Origin: Eledone cirrhosa
Taxonomy: Eukaryota
Reading direction: 5' to 3'
Length of the DNA stretch: 64,000 bases
Assembly (NCBI GenBank): GCA_964016885.1
Contig: OZ024741.1
Coordinates: 234,298,001 to 234,362,000 of the forward strand
Below are positions 27,820 through 49,665 of this stretch, in pieces. The first letter of the stretch is position 1, and every line of letters starts with the position of its first letter. The notes under the pieces were generated by a model. It was not told the origin of the DNA and ran no database searches. It saw only the letters and a program-made list of their open reading frames with translations. Both the position numbers and the translations under genes were made by a program.

Positions 27820-30040
27820 TTCATCACTGATGCTCAATAAAAGAGACCTGGAAATTCTATGATGAAAGGTTGGTGAATGTAGAGGTTGAGTGGGAGAAAA
27901 GGAGGCAACCCCAAATGCCCCAACTGAGCGACCAGCTATCAACATAGACAGGTTCAAAGAAGCAATCAAAGAATTGAAGAATAGTAAAGCCGCTTGGCCA
28001 TCAGAGATAGTCACTGACATGCTAAAAGCATATAGGGAAGTAGGAGCTGAACTAGACACCTGCATAGTCAATCAGGTAATGGTGGTGGGGGGGATCTACC
28101 CAATAACTGGCATGACAATATACTCATTAATTGCTATAAAGGAAAAGTGAAGAATTACCACAGGTGCATAAAACTAATGGACCACGTTATGAAAATGATA
28201 GTAACAGTTCTAGCACAAATTCCTTCCAGCGTCTGGCAACTGACTTGGTAAACACCCACATAATTATTAACCATCTTGCCAACAACAACCCTGAGCACCT
28301 TTTTGAATTCCATGTGTCTAACGCACGAGAGCATGCCTACAAAGTCAGAAAACAGCACAGCTCCCATGACTTTCAGAAACATTTTTTCACGTTCAGTGTT
28401 GCTGAAGCATGGAACAAACTACCTGCATCAGTTGCTAGCTGCTGGGGCACTGCATCCTTTAAAACCTCCATGCTTCCTGAAATTCGTCAACACTACACCT
28501 GATATCCCCCCTCCATACACAAGCACATGTATATCATGACTCATACACTGTTCACTTTCCTGAAATTTCTATGTACTATACATGCACCTTTGATGAGTTG
28601 TAGTGCATCTGAGCACTGTATATAATAATTTCATTATTAGTATTTAGGAAGATTCAATTTAGATGAGATGCAGTTCAGTTTTAAGCCAGAACGAGTAATA
28701 CAAATACCCTCTTCTTAGTGAGACAACTACAAAAGGAGTTCCTAGCACGGGAATTTCTATATGCTGATGAACTGGTTCTTATAGCTGAATCCACAGAAGA
28801 ACAAGAGAAGAAATTCCAGCAGTGGAAACATAATTTGAAATCAAAAGGGCTGAGAGTAAATTTGGCAAAAACTAAAATGTTTAATAAGTAAGAAAGAAGA
28901 CAAGGCTCTGAACCCATCAGGGTAGTGGCCTTGCCCAATATGCAAAAAAGAAGTAGGTAGAAATTCTATATTATGTACATAATGCTAATCTTGAGTACAA
29001 AAGAGGCATAGAGGGATAGCAGGCAGACTAACAGGAAAGGAAGACTTTGTGTGTTGTAGATGCAATATATACACACACGTGTGTGTGTGTGGAAAGACTA
29101 GAGAGTAAATTCCAGCAGTAGAAACAGAACTTAGATTGAAAAGGGCTGAGAGTAAACTTAGCAAAAGAAAAAAGTGTTAATAAGCAGAAAAGATGGTAGA
29201 ACCCTGATTGACATTTTGGAGGAAGTGACCTTGCCCAACATGTAGAAAAGGAATAGGCATAAATTCTATGTACATGATGCAAACCTTGGGTACACAAGAG
29301 ATGTAGTGGGATAGCAGGAAAACTAATGGGAAAGGAAAATGTTGTATGCAGTAGATGTTCAGGCGCAATTCATAGTAAAAGTGCCAGTGATATAAATCTT
29401 TCCCAATCCCACATAGGATTCATAGAAGTAGCTGATAGCTTCTGCTACCTAAGTGATATAATTATCAGCAAAGGAGGGTGTTCCAAGAGCATAGTAGCTA
29501 GAATGAGGACAGGATGAAAGAAGTTTAAAGAGCTACAACCTGTTATCAACAAAAGGTTTCTCCCTTCAAACAAATGTTCAGCTGTGTGATGCCTGTGTGT
29601 GATGTACAATGCTGCATGGTAGTGTTACATGGGGAGTGACTGCAGAGGATATCCAAAGGCTGGAGAGAAATGAAGCAAATCTGCTTTGATGGATGTGCAA
29701 TTTAACATGTGTGAATGACATAGCCTGGATGAATTAAGAAAGAAACTGTGTATAAGAGGAATCAGATGTAGCGTCCAGGAGAGGAGACTGCACTGGTATA
29801 GACATGTGATGTGCATATACAATGACCACTAGGTGAAGAAATGCCAAGAAATCCCATTGAAGGAAATCACAGTAGAGGAAGACTGAGGTAGAACTGGATG
29901 GAAGTGGTGAGAGTAGATTTTAAGTCACTAAAGTACATGAAAGCGATAACAAAAGATTGCAATGAATGGAGAGTTGCTGTGCTGAAAAAGGCCCATCCAA
30001 CCCATGGAAAAGCAGACATAAAATGAGGATGATGATATGT
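27820..30040 (+). mobile_element. Heavily decayed RTE copy interrupted by a CR1 3' fragment, with duplicated Cys-rich segment
   Basis: KEAIKELKNSKAAWPSEIVTDMLKA, CSRCSGAI, DSFCYLSD; (GAT)n tail at ~30030. Confidence 0.75.
28227..28645 (+). mobile_element. CR1-group LINE 3' fragment nested in RTE
   Basis: Reverse-complement match to ~18450-18876; KHFFTFSVAEAWNKLP. Confidence 0.85.
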
Positions 30041-30775
30041 CATGATCACCATGCAAACACACATACAAATGTAGTGTAATAGTCCTGTAACCTCTAATGG
30101 AGTCGTAGGAGGCACTGTAGTAGCACACAGCATTTCTTGGGCATTTTAAGCCTGACAGAGCCCACAGCTCTCCAGTTCTGAACATAGCAGATTTCTTCCA
30201 GAAAGGATAGAGAGGGAAAGAGAGAAAATAAGAAAGAGATACAGAGAAAAAAATCGACCCAGTACTAGACTGGTACTTTTTTATTGACCTCAAAAAGATG
30301 AAAGGCAAAGTTAATTTTGGCAGGATTTGAACTCAGAGAGTCGTTTTAGTACCACAATAAAAACACACAGTCCAAACTAACATGATTGGCGTTTGGAAGG
30401 GCATCTAATCATAGAAAACCAAACCAGAAACAGTTTCATATGAGTAAGATATGGTCACTTGACCTGACTAGCTACATAAAGTGACAAACTGTCTAATCCA
30501 TGCAAGCATGGAAAATAGATGTTAAATGATGATCATCATCACCACCATCATCATTTTACGTCCGCTTTTCCCTGCTTGCAAGGGTGGGACAGGAACTGAT
30601 TCTGGCTTGATTTCTACAGCTGGATGCCCTTCCTAACACCAACCTCATTTACAGTGAGTGCTGGGTGCTTTTTTTTCCGTGGCACCTACACATCCACTTT
30701 ACAGTGTGGGCTGGGTGCTTTTTTGCCATGGCACCTCCACGACCACTTTGCAGTGGAATGAAAGGGACCCCAGTC

Positions 30776-30927
30776 CCTATCATCTCATTTCTACAGCTGA
30801 GTAAACTGGAGCAATGTGAAATAAAGTCTCTTGCTCAGGGAAACAACACATCACCCAGTCTGAGAATTGAACTCACAACCTTTCGATTGCAAGGCCAATG
30901 CTCTAACCACTAAGCCATGTGCCTCCA
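30776..30927 (-). mobile_element. tRNA-derived SINE head
   Basis: Minus strand tggcttagtggttagagc...gagttcaattct. Confidence 0.75.
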
Positions 30928-30999
30928 TTATGATGATTATATACATGTGCGTGTGTGTATAGATGTGTGTGTATATATATATATATATATCTAGGGCAG

Positions 31000-32295
31000 G
31001 TAAAAATTTGAGATCCATGGTCGAGTTCTCTCCAGTGGTCTCTGCCCCTCAGTATTGCTGCCATGTCCTGCGTCTTCAACAGACCAGTGTCTGTCCTTAG
31101 GACATCAACATATGTTAACCTTGGTCTTCCTCTTCCAGTGTGTCCATGCAGAGGCTCCCACAGGAGCACTGAGTGCAGTGTCAACTTTGGATGTCGGTGA
31201 GCATGTCCAGCTAACCTCAGTCTCCATTGTGTCACTTTTGAGCTGACTTTTGGGAGGTTCCCATACAGCTCTGAATTTTTCATCCTCAGTGTATACTGAT
31301 TAATGTTTAGAGCCATCCTCAGAATTCTCGTGTAGAACCCATCCACCATCTGAGTGAGTTTCTTGGTCAGTGTCCAAGTCTCAGACTCGTACAGCAGCAC
31401 AGACTCCACTACAACAATGAAGAGACGGATCTTCAGGTCTTTACGAAGGTCCGACTTCCACACCGATTTCAAGCTGTGGCACGCCGCCCAGGCTTTGCTC
31501 TTCCTCTAGACGACATCATCTTCCGTATTCCCAATCTTTGCTCCTAAATACAGGAAGTCTTCAACCAATTCTAGTGGCTTCCCACCTACATTAGTAATCC
31601 CCTCTCGCTTCTTAATATTCTCTACCAGATACTTCGTTTTAGTCTCATTGATTCTCACCCCCACACTTATCGACACAGTCTCCACCTCCTGCATCAAATC
31701 CTCTGCCCCTTTCACTATGTTTGTCACCAGAACTATGTCATCAGCAAATTCAGCATCCAATATCTTTTTTGCCTTAACTCTCCTGCTCTGAGCCGATGTT
31801 ATGGTAAAGCCAGAGTCCTGGTGTTTCTCCAGTGCAAGGTGCATACAATAGTCCACTACGATGATAAAAAGGTAGAGAGCCAATGTATCTCCCTGGAGCA
31901 CTCCAGCCAGTATTTTAAAGAACTCTGTCATCCCATCAGGTGTAATGACTTGGGCTTTGGTGTTGGTGTAGAGCAGTGATATCAGGTCCACTATCTTCTT
32001 GGGGATTCCATAAGCCTGTAAGATCTTCATCAGGCAGTGACGATCCACAGAATCAAAGGCCTTCCTAAAGTCAATGAAAACCATGACTGCAGGAAGACAC
32101 TTTGCTCTAGCTCCCTCTAATATCCTCCTCAGCATCAGGATGTGACTGGTGGTTGATCTTCCCTCTCTGAAGCCGTTCTGGTTGTCCCTGAGCTTCTTCT
32201 CCATCTCAGGCTGGATCCTGTTAAGAATCATCCTGTTGAGGGTCTTTGCCACAAGTGATGTCAGTGAGATCCCCCTGTAGTTGTTGGTGTTAGGG
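31000..32295 (-). mobile_element. RTE-group LINE (RT plus C-terminus), 5'-truncated
   Basis: NQNGFREGRSTT, FIDFRKAFDSV, GVLQGDTLA, FADDIVL, RLRLAGH, GRGRPR. Confidence 0.9.
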
Positions 32296-32711
32296 AGCTT
32301 TGTCTACAGGTGATATACGCAAGCCTGATTTTCTTAGACTTGACATCAATAAGTTTGGTACTATAAGTTTGCTCCTAAAAATATATATATATATTTAATA
32401 GAGCTTTCAAGGTTGAAAGGTTCTGGCTGCTATTTCTAGTGGTTGATAAACTTATTCACGTCACTAGAACAACAACAGCGTGTGAGGTTTTTCACAATTA
32501 CATGTGCATTTTCTCGTTCACTCCTCGACTTGTCTTAGTGGTGCAAGAACAGATGGTTAATTTTTTTTCCTTCACTGATGATCCAGAATTAATTATATGT
32601 GCTTCACATTATCGGCAGGTATCATCATCATCATCTTCATTTAACATCCATCTTCCACGCTAGCATGGGTTGACGGGAGTTGTCCCACTTGAGGCAATGG
32701 TTGGTCGGGTG

Positions 32712-34201
32712 CCTGCTTGTGTCGACAGTCACCCTGGACGGGTTGAGCCGGCTTCTTCCCTTGTCCTGACGGCATCCCGAACCATGGCATCGCACGCACG
32801 ACAGTCCTGGGCAAGGTAACTGGAGATAGCGAGCCAGTCACGGTTCAATCGGCGCAGGCCATACACCTGCGGACCTGAGAGTTTGGAGAGGTCCTCCTTG
32901 ATCGTCATTGCCCAGGTCATCAGCTGCCCGCCAACGCGCTTGCGACAGTTAGGGAGTGGAGGTGGGAGGAGAATATCGCGGATCAGCTCACCCTCAGGGT
33001 GCCGGGCTGCGTGACCAAACCATCTCAAGCGCCGTTGCAGAAGCACTGAAGGAAGGGGTCGAAGATTCAGGCGAAGACGAAGACTGGCGGTAGGTACCCG
33101 ATCAACGCGTCAACAGCAAAGAATGCGGCGGAGACAGTCAATGTCGAAAACCTCCAGCCCTCGTTGATCGACTACCCTCATAAGTCATGTTTCACAGCCA
33201 TAGAGGAGGATAGTGTGGGCGACGCTCTGGTAGATTCGCCCTTTGGTCGCCGAGGTGATCTCTCTTCTGTCCCACAGACACCGTTGGAGGCGCCCAAAAG
33301 CGGATCTGGCAGCACCTATGCGACGTTTGTCTTTGCAGCTTGGCTCCATCGAGTCTTCTCCTTGGTATGGGCGACGGAGCGGTTCCCTGGTGACTGGAGC
33401 GAGGCAACTTTCCTACCCTTCTTCAAAAAAGGCGACAGGAAACTGTGTTCCAACTACAGGGGTATCAGTTTAATTGACGTTGCTGCCAAAACCTTCGCAA
33501 TCTTTCTGTTGAAGAGGTTCCAGGCCATCCGTGATGTCCGTACCCATCCTTCTCAGGGCAGCTTCCATCTGAGGAGGTGGTGTGTTGATCAAATCTTCAA
33601 TCTCCGGCGTGTCCTGGAACAACGGTGGGCACATCAACAACCTACCATCCTCTGCTTCATCGACTTTGCAGCTGCCTTCGACTCGGTAGATCGGGAAGCC
33701 CTATGGCGTATAATGCAGGCGGACGGCATCCCAGTGAAGCTGCTTCATCTCATACAAGGCTACTACCGGTCGACTCGGGCTCGAGTGAGGGTCTATGGTG
33801 GGGAGACAGTGTCGTTCGATGTTGGGACCGGTGTTCGGCAGGGGTGTGCGCTATTGCCAACTCTCTTTAACTATGCCATTGACTACACTCTCAACACAGT
33901 GCTCCGGGATTACCCGGGCGTAGAGGTCGGGAGAGGGGTAGTGGTGACGGACCTGGCCTACGCGGATGACATCGTGCTGATGGGCGCTAACGGGACAGAT
34001 GTACAGGGTGCTCTCGAAAGGGTGCACACTGCAGCCGCCGCTGTTGGTCTACGAATCAATGCCGCCAAGTCGAAAGTCATGACGTTACTGGTCTCGCCTG
34101 ATGCCTGGCAGCCAATATCTCTCGAGGGCGTGGACCTGGAGGATGTGGAGTCCTTTGTTTACCTGGGCTCAACAGTGGTTCCAATGGGATGGCACAGCCG
34201 A
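32712..34201 (-). mobile_element. RTE LINE insertion with 5' inversion (33329-34201 on +) and 13-bp TSD
   Basis: TSD ggttggtcgggtg at 32699-32711 and 34202-34214. Plus arm has NYRGISL, GVRQGC, YADD, YLGS; minus arm has RIGAARSAF and RRLRWFGH. Confidence 0.92.
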
Positions 34202-34317
34202 GGTTGGTCGGGTGACCGTGTCTCGCTCATATAGGACTATCTGGCAGGTTTTCTACGGCTGGATACCCTTCCTAACACCAACCACATTTACAGTGTGGAA
34301 CTGGAATAGCAGTAAAT

Positions 34318-34430
34318 GCTTACGGCACCTAGGGTTCCCAAGTGGTCACCCATCTAAGAACTAACTAGGCTCGATGTTGCTTAACTTCGGTGATCGGACG
34401 AGAACCGATGTTTTCAGCGTGATATGGCCA
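34318..34430 (-). pseudogene. Isolated 5S rRNA copy (probable pseudogene, first ~6 nt missing)
   Basis: Minus strand ggccatatcacgctgaaaacatcggttctcgtccgatcaccgaagttaagcaac...gttagttcttagatgggtgacc matches the metazoan 5S pattern. Confidence 0.92.
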
Positions 34431-34832
34431 TATATATCTATCATCATCATCATCATCATCAACGTTTAACGTCCGTGTTCCACGCTTGCATGGGTTTGAA
34501 CGGGGGTTTTCCCACTTGAGGCAAGAGTGATTGTCTTGCTCGCATAGGACTGTCTGGCAGGTTTTCTACAGTTGGATGCCCTTCCTAACACCAACCACAT
34601 TTACAGTGTGGGTCTGGGAGGTTTTTACCGTGTTGCCTACGCGGCCACATTACAGCGTGGACTGTGTGTTTTTTGTCGTGACACCTACACGATCTCATTT
34701 GTTTCGGCCTGGATGGTGTGGCACCAACATAACTTTACATAGAAGGGGGCGGTGTGGATGGGGTGGGGGTGGTGGGACAGGGGTGTATTTTGTTAGAGAT
34801 GCCTACTGACTGTAGTAGGTTTTACTATGTAT

Positions 34833-36386
34833 TTAGGTAAGGCAGGTCTTCTCTATTACTGAGTACCGCCAAAGGTCTCGGTCCAGTGACATTGTCTTGG
34901 AGGGGTGTAAGTGTGTGAGGTCGGAGTTTATCAGGTCGTCCCAGGTTTTTCTAGGTCTGCCTATTCCGTGGCTACCGTCTAGCTTTATTGCCCTGCACTT
35001 TGTTATACAGCTATCGACTTTCATGCGCATCACGTGTCCATACCAACATAGCCTTCTCTCGAGTAAACAACATCTGATCCCTCTTATTTCTAATTTTTTC
35101 CTTAGTTCGTTTATGCTTTGCCGTTCACGTATATTACTATTACACATCCAGCGGAGCATGCAAGCTTCGTTCCTCTCTAGTCTACGTATATCCTCTGCAC
35201 ACAATGCCCAGGTCTCACTGCCATGCAACATTGCTGTCCGTATGCAGGCATCATACAACCTACCTTTCATTTTTAGGGAGAACCCTTTAGCGGCTAATAG
35301 TGGTATAAGCTCTCTGAACTTTTTCCATCCAGTTCTGACTCTAGCTACTGTACTTTCAGAGCACCCTCCCCCACTGCTGATTTTGTCACCCAGGTAACGG
35401 AAGCTGTCCACTATTTCTATAGAGCCCTCTGCGCAGTTGAAAGAGCTAGTATTTTGTGGGCACTTGCTGCTACTTATTGCACCAGAGCACCGGCCACATG
35501 TGAAATCTATGTTCTTAGTTAACTTACCTGTGATCCCACTACATCTTTTATGCACCCATACTTTGCATTTCTGACACAAAATGGAGTTTCTACCTACGCC
35601 TTTCCTACACACTGAGCATGGCCACTTCCCGGAAGGGACCGCCGCCTTATTTTCTTTCCTACAAACTAGAACTTTGGTCTTAGCCAGGTTAATTTTAAGG
35701 CCTTTTGATTCTAGGCTGTGCTTCCATGTTTGGAATTTCTTCTCTAGCTCGGCCATTGATTCAGCTATGAGTGTTAGGTCGTCTGCGTATAGGAGTTCCC
35801 ATGGGCAGCCGGTCTTGAACTCCTCTGTTATAGCCTGAAGGGCAATAATAAATAGTAGGGGGCTGAGAACAGAGCCCTGATGGACGCCAACTTTTACGCT
35901 AAACTCTTCACTATATTCGTTGTTAATTCTAACCTTGCTGACTGTTTCTTTATACATGGCTTGTATAGCTCTCACAAGCCATTCGTCGACACCTAGTTTT
36001 CTAAGGGCCCACCAGATAATGGAACGGGGGACTCTGTCGAAGGCTTTCTCCAAGTCGACAAAAGCTAAGTATAGGGGTTTACTTTTAGCTAGGTACTTCT
36101 CCTGTAGTTGTCGTACAATGAAAAGAGCGTCTGTGGTACTTTTGCCTGACACAAACCCGAACTGCATTTCATCTAGGTCAATTCTCTCTCTGATTAGTTG
36201 CGCTATTACTTTTTCCGTGACCTTCATGACCTGGTCGATTAATTTAATGCCTCTATAGTTACTCCTATCTAGGGCATCTCCTTTACCCTTATAACAGTTA
36301 ATGATGATGCTGCTACGCCAGTCCTTCGGAACAACCCCATTCTGTACGACTTGGTTAACTATCCGGGTGACCATGGTGTGTCCCAC
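34833..36386 (-). CDS. RTE LINE reverse transcriptase, 517 aa open, 5'-truncated, with Cys/His finger insertion; 3' UTR runs to ~34440
   Basis: NYRGIKL, FVDLEKAFDRVP, GVHQGSVLSP, LYADD, WPCSVC..C..C..WVH.RC..C..C, YLGD. Confidence 0.9.
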   Translation of the reverse strand: MGHTMVTRIVNQVVQNGVVPKDWRSSIIINCYKGKGDALDRSNYRGIKLIDQVMKVTEKVIAQLIRERIDLDEMQFGFVSGKSTTDALFIVRQLQEKYLAKSKPLYLAFVDLEKAFDRVPRSIIWWALRKLGVDEWLVRAIQAMYKETVSKVRINNEYSEEFSVKVGVHQGSVLSPLLFIIALQAITEEFKTGCPWELLYADDLTLIAESMAELEKKFQTWKHSLESKGLKINLAKTKVLVCRKENKAAVPSGKWPCSVCRKGVGRNSILCQKCKVWVHKRCSGITGKLTKNIDFTCGRCSGAISSSKCPQNTSSFNCAEGSIEIVDSFRYLGDKISSGGGCSESTVARVRTGWKKFRELIPLLAAKGFSLKMKGRLYDACIRTAMLHGSETWALCAEDIRRLERNEACMLRWMCNSNIRERQSINELRKKLEIRGIRCCLLERRLCWYGHVMRMKVDSCITKCRAIKLDGSHGIGRPRKTWDDLINSDLTHLHPSKTMSLDRDLWRYSVIEKTCLT

Positions 36387-36959
36387 CGTGCCAGATATAT
36401 ATATATATATATATATGAAGTTTTCGTTAAATATGATATCTCTGTGATTATGTGTTCTTATACTCTTTACAAATTATCCCCTGTCGATGTTTGATATGTT
36501 TTTTTATATATATGTCAATCAACTCTTAATTTTTAATAAATGCTTGGATCTATTCATTAGAATTTTTGGGTTTTGTTTACAGGCGATATGGCACATGTCT
36601 ATGATTTTCTCAGACTTGACATCTATAAGAATCCACTTAAGGTGAAACATTTGTTCATGGTATGGTGAACTAACTGTTGTAGAACTACTTCTATATATAT
36701 ATATCATCATCATCATCATTATAAAACGAGTAACTTCTGTCACTATATTATAGGGTGCTGACATAGGATGGATGAGGAAGGGACATCAAGGATTTATATG
36801 GGGGCAAAGGAACTAAGGTAAGTGGTTTAAATAGTGAAGGACGGCCAAGTTGCGTCTTCTATAGTACAGCAAATCGCCATTCAACTTGATCCTATGTTAA
36901 CTACTTTGGGAGGTTCAACTTCATGAGGTCAGCCTTCACCAGACCATTTGTCAACTATG

Positions 36960-37385
36960 GTAGAAGTAACCCAGGATTTATCCTGAGGTAGTCCAGGAGT
37001 AGACCAAAAGTAACCTAGGAGCCCAGGGATAACTCATATGGATGAAAAGAATCCTAGAAGTAACCCTAATGAAACCAGAGGTAACCAGAAATAGCCAAGA
37101 GCTAGCTCAGGGATAATCTAGAGGTAGTCTAAGGGTAATTCAGGAGTGGAGTAGCTCATAACTAGCTCAGAGGTAACCGAGAAGTCCAGATATAGACTAT
37201 GGTAGTTCATGAGTGCAGTAGTTTATTAGCACAGTGGTAACCTAGAAGAAGCCCAAGGGTAGTCTAAGGGTAGTTCATGAGTGCAGTTGCTCAAAACTAT
37301 CTAAGAGGCAGCCTAGAAGACCAGAAAACCCCCAGGGGTAGCTTATATGTCACTCAAAGAGAGCCTAGTAGTAACCTAGAGCTGC
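36960..37385. repeat. Degenerate short-period tandem repeat (ggtaacctaga-like)
   Basis: Recurrent gtaacc/gtagtc...aga/agg motifs at roughly 10-20 bp spacing. Confidence 0.55.
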
Positions 37386-38199
37386 GTTTCTCAGCGACCC
37401 ATGTCATTTTCTGCTCTTGGAAATCCCAGGTTTCCTCAATTCTTTCCCATTTCTCACATTAGAAAAAATTTCCACTCACACACACACAACATATATATAT
37501 AGAGAGATATATCCATGCATATTAAAGAATGGTTTGTGAAAGCAGTGCAAGGTATGTACATAGGAGTCAACAGTCAGTAAAGTAAAAGTAGGAAGTGAAT
37601 TTGGTGAGGAATTATTGGTAATGCATCAGGGTTCAGTTCTCAACCCACCGCTGTTTATTTGAGAGAGAGAAGAAATGGGAAAAGAGATAAAAGTAATAAA
37701 CAAAAAAAAGAACGTGGGAATAATATTTACAGGAAGAAAACACACATGTAGTTAGCCATTTCAGAAGAATAGATTTCAGAATGTGGTTCATGTATTGGAG
37801 AATTACAGGAGGGGAGATAAGCATGATTGTGACTGGAGAGCTATTGTATGTATATTGTTTACTGTGAGAATATGCATACATGCATGAAAGCTGACCAGAA
37901 TGAAGAGTGACACAGGATGACCTGCAAGGTGTACGTGTAGGCATAAAACTGTATATGTATGCATATGCAAACACAGACATGTGAGTTCCACCAACTTTAT
38001 ATATATAGATATATAAAGACATTCATTAGGGGCTGCAAACAGGAGATAACAGTGGTATGAGCAGGCAAGTCACCACCTCCCATGTCATGTGTGTGATCAA
38101 GGGGGGCATGAGATATACTATAAGACTATGACAGAAAACCCACAAACAGCCAAACACAGAAAGATGAAGATCATTGCACATGTCAAGAAGATGGTCAAA

Positions 38200-47050
<8,851 letters not shown>

Positions 47051-48084
47051 GAACAGCGTTTCCTTTAAACATATATTGAAAACACGACTGTGCCCCAGTG
47101 GGAGATCAATTTTATTAAGGATTTTTCGGATTTCCTTAGACCCTTCGTAATTAGTTTGTCGATGCCAATTTTCGGACGATTATGAAAAATGCCACACTTA
47201 ATCTATTACACCGGAAATGTTTCACTATCATAGCAAATGCTGAAAAATATAAGAATGAAACAAAGGGACTTAATTGGGTAACAATATAATTGCTATATTT
47301 CTTAGGGCTGGACGAGCACAGTGTTTATCGCCCGATTCTCACCTGCTGTGGGGCTGGACACTTGGAAAGGAGATGGGTACCGCTAATATTTTCTATGGGC
47401 TACTGAAATGTCATAATGGACATATGGTGAAACGTCTAGAGCGGCAAAGACTAAATGCACAAATTACGGGAAGTGGATTCACTCATAGCACACACACATA
47501 CACATGCATATCATACATCAATTAAAAAAGTTATTTGTCTTTAATACTTAGACATCTCAATGAAAGGATAAATTATCAACTCAGAAAAGTAATTAAACAT
47601 AAACTTAAGCTAACATCTCGATTGAGAGTAGAACGACTAAAATAAGTCTGTTTTACTCTTATAGTTCCCCAACCATGGTTTCTGGAATCAAGAAACAATA
47701 TTAATTATTTCAAAACATATATATAATGAGATGGGGTAGGGTGATACCTGGAATGGTACCAGGTTTATGGAATACCCTTCATTGATTTCGAAACGCCATG
47801 CTGGTATTCGGTCCGCGTTGAGAAAGGAGGAAATTGGCTCGTGGCTAGCAACTCTACTTCCACCAATTAAAATTGTTACAGAAATAACAAACAGATGAAC
47901 ACATCTACATAGATGTTCCTCGCCTAAATTTGATGCAGTTTACACATTTTGAGGACCCAAACGTATTGAAGATTAATGTGTAGGGATATTTTCATTTTTT
48001 AAAATCTTATTCTTTACTTTTTTCGTTTTTTTTTTTTACATGTATATGGATTTACTAACATGATTAAAACATTTTAATTATACC

Positions 48085-48890
48085 TCCTCTTCCTCCTCAT
48101 CTTCTTCGTGGGAGGGTCGTGGAGGCAGAGTCTTCAAGCACGCCTTCCAGCGGGTCTTGTCAGAAGCAACCGTCTTCAAGTGATACCCAAGCGAGATCAG
48201 CCAAGCTCATGGATGTTATCCAACCATCTTGCTCAGTGTCTGCTCCTGGATTCCTGGATCTCCTGTCGGTTGGTTTTGCCCGTAAAATCTGTCCAGCGAT
48301 TCTTTCCTGAGACATTCTAACTTCATATCTGAGCTGTGATCTCTCAGTTCGGTGAAGTACCTGAAGCGCCTTTCTGATCTCCGAACTATTTCGGCCACTT
48401 GTATTCACTATCATGTTCTTTTGGTCATTAACCAAGATTTATGACTATAGGTAAGGGTTGGCACGAATACCGAATTGAGTTTGGCTTTTACGTTTACCTT
48501 CCTTTTTCTGATTACTGAATGCTGAAGCTGACGCATTACAGCGCCAGCTCCTGCAATTCTTGCACTTAATTTATTCAGCCTCCTGTCTTCCATCACTTGT
48601 GAACATGGCCCCGAGATACTTTAAGTTCTCCGCCTGCTTCGGTGGAACTCCACTCACATGTAATGCACTGCGCAGGCTTCAGTGAAAACCTTCCACAGCA
48701 GGTCCTGTGGATCGCAGCCATACGCCGTTTCGAGATCTACGAAACAAGCATACACCTCTCAGCAATACTCCACGATTTCTCAAAGACCTACTGCAGTATG
48801 AATATTTAGTCAGCTATGCTGAGTCCGGGGCGAAAACTATACTGTTCGTCAGCTAGATTGAATTCGACATCTTTTTGACAGACAGGGGAG
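48085..48890 (-). mobile_element. RTE-type LINE 3' fragment (related copy at 59440-59895)
   Basis: VRMSQERIAGQILRAKP shared by both copies; purine triplet tail at ~48085-48107. Confidence 0.75.
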
Positions 48891-49665
48891 GTTTAACAAG
48901 GAGATCCCTCTATAATCAGATATTTTCTGCAATTAGTGAAACATAAGTAAAAGAAATGAAATGGTATAATTCTCCTACAGCCCCTGGTTGTATTGTTATT
49001 TATTATTCATGCTCTGAGAATTTACATTCATACAAGTTTTTGATTGTTTACCCTATGGATTACATCTTGGAGGAATTTGTTCTTTATATATATATATAAA
49101 TAAACAAATTAACTCGAACTAGAGTATGGAAGCTGTTAGAACAGCAAAATGCCGTCGAAGCAGCGTTGGGTAAAATATTACCTCGAAGGTCAGAGAACAG
49201 CGGCTCGATGTGAGTTGACTCGAAGGAAGGAGAAGATAGGAAGGAGGAAAAAGGATGGATGAAACCGAACAGGTCACAAACATTAAAATATGCTCTTCAG
49301 ATCTCAACCTGTTGCAGTTTCGACGAATTAATGAGATTACTGCGGAGAATAGGAGGCTCGTAACGGAGAAATAAATATTTTCGTTCATATTGTGTTTGCG
49401 TTGCGAGAGAGAAAGATGGAGTGCGTCTGATCACCCTCAAGTCGTCGCGAGAAAGGAAGAATATTAGCGTACGTAGAGCTGGCCTGTAGAAGGCAGATAG
49501 GGGAAGGAAGAAGGTAACCGTGGGAGGGAGAGAGGGAAAGATAGGGGAGCAATGAGAGAGAAAGAAAGAATGAAAGCACGGTGGACAGAGGAGGAGGGAA
49601 GAAAAGACAACTCACTCAGGTATGAGACCAATCCGCGTTAGAAGGCAAAGGTAGCTTTTGAAGGT

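Noticed and set aside
47135-47250. Possible minus-strand host exon after tatttttcag
   Set aside because: No convincing donor site, early stops in all frames and no recognisable protein.
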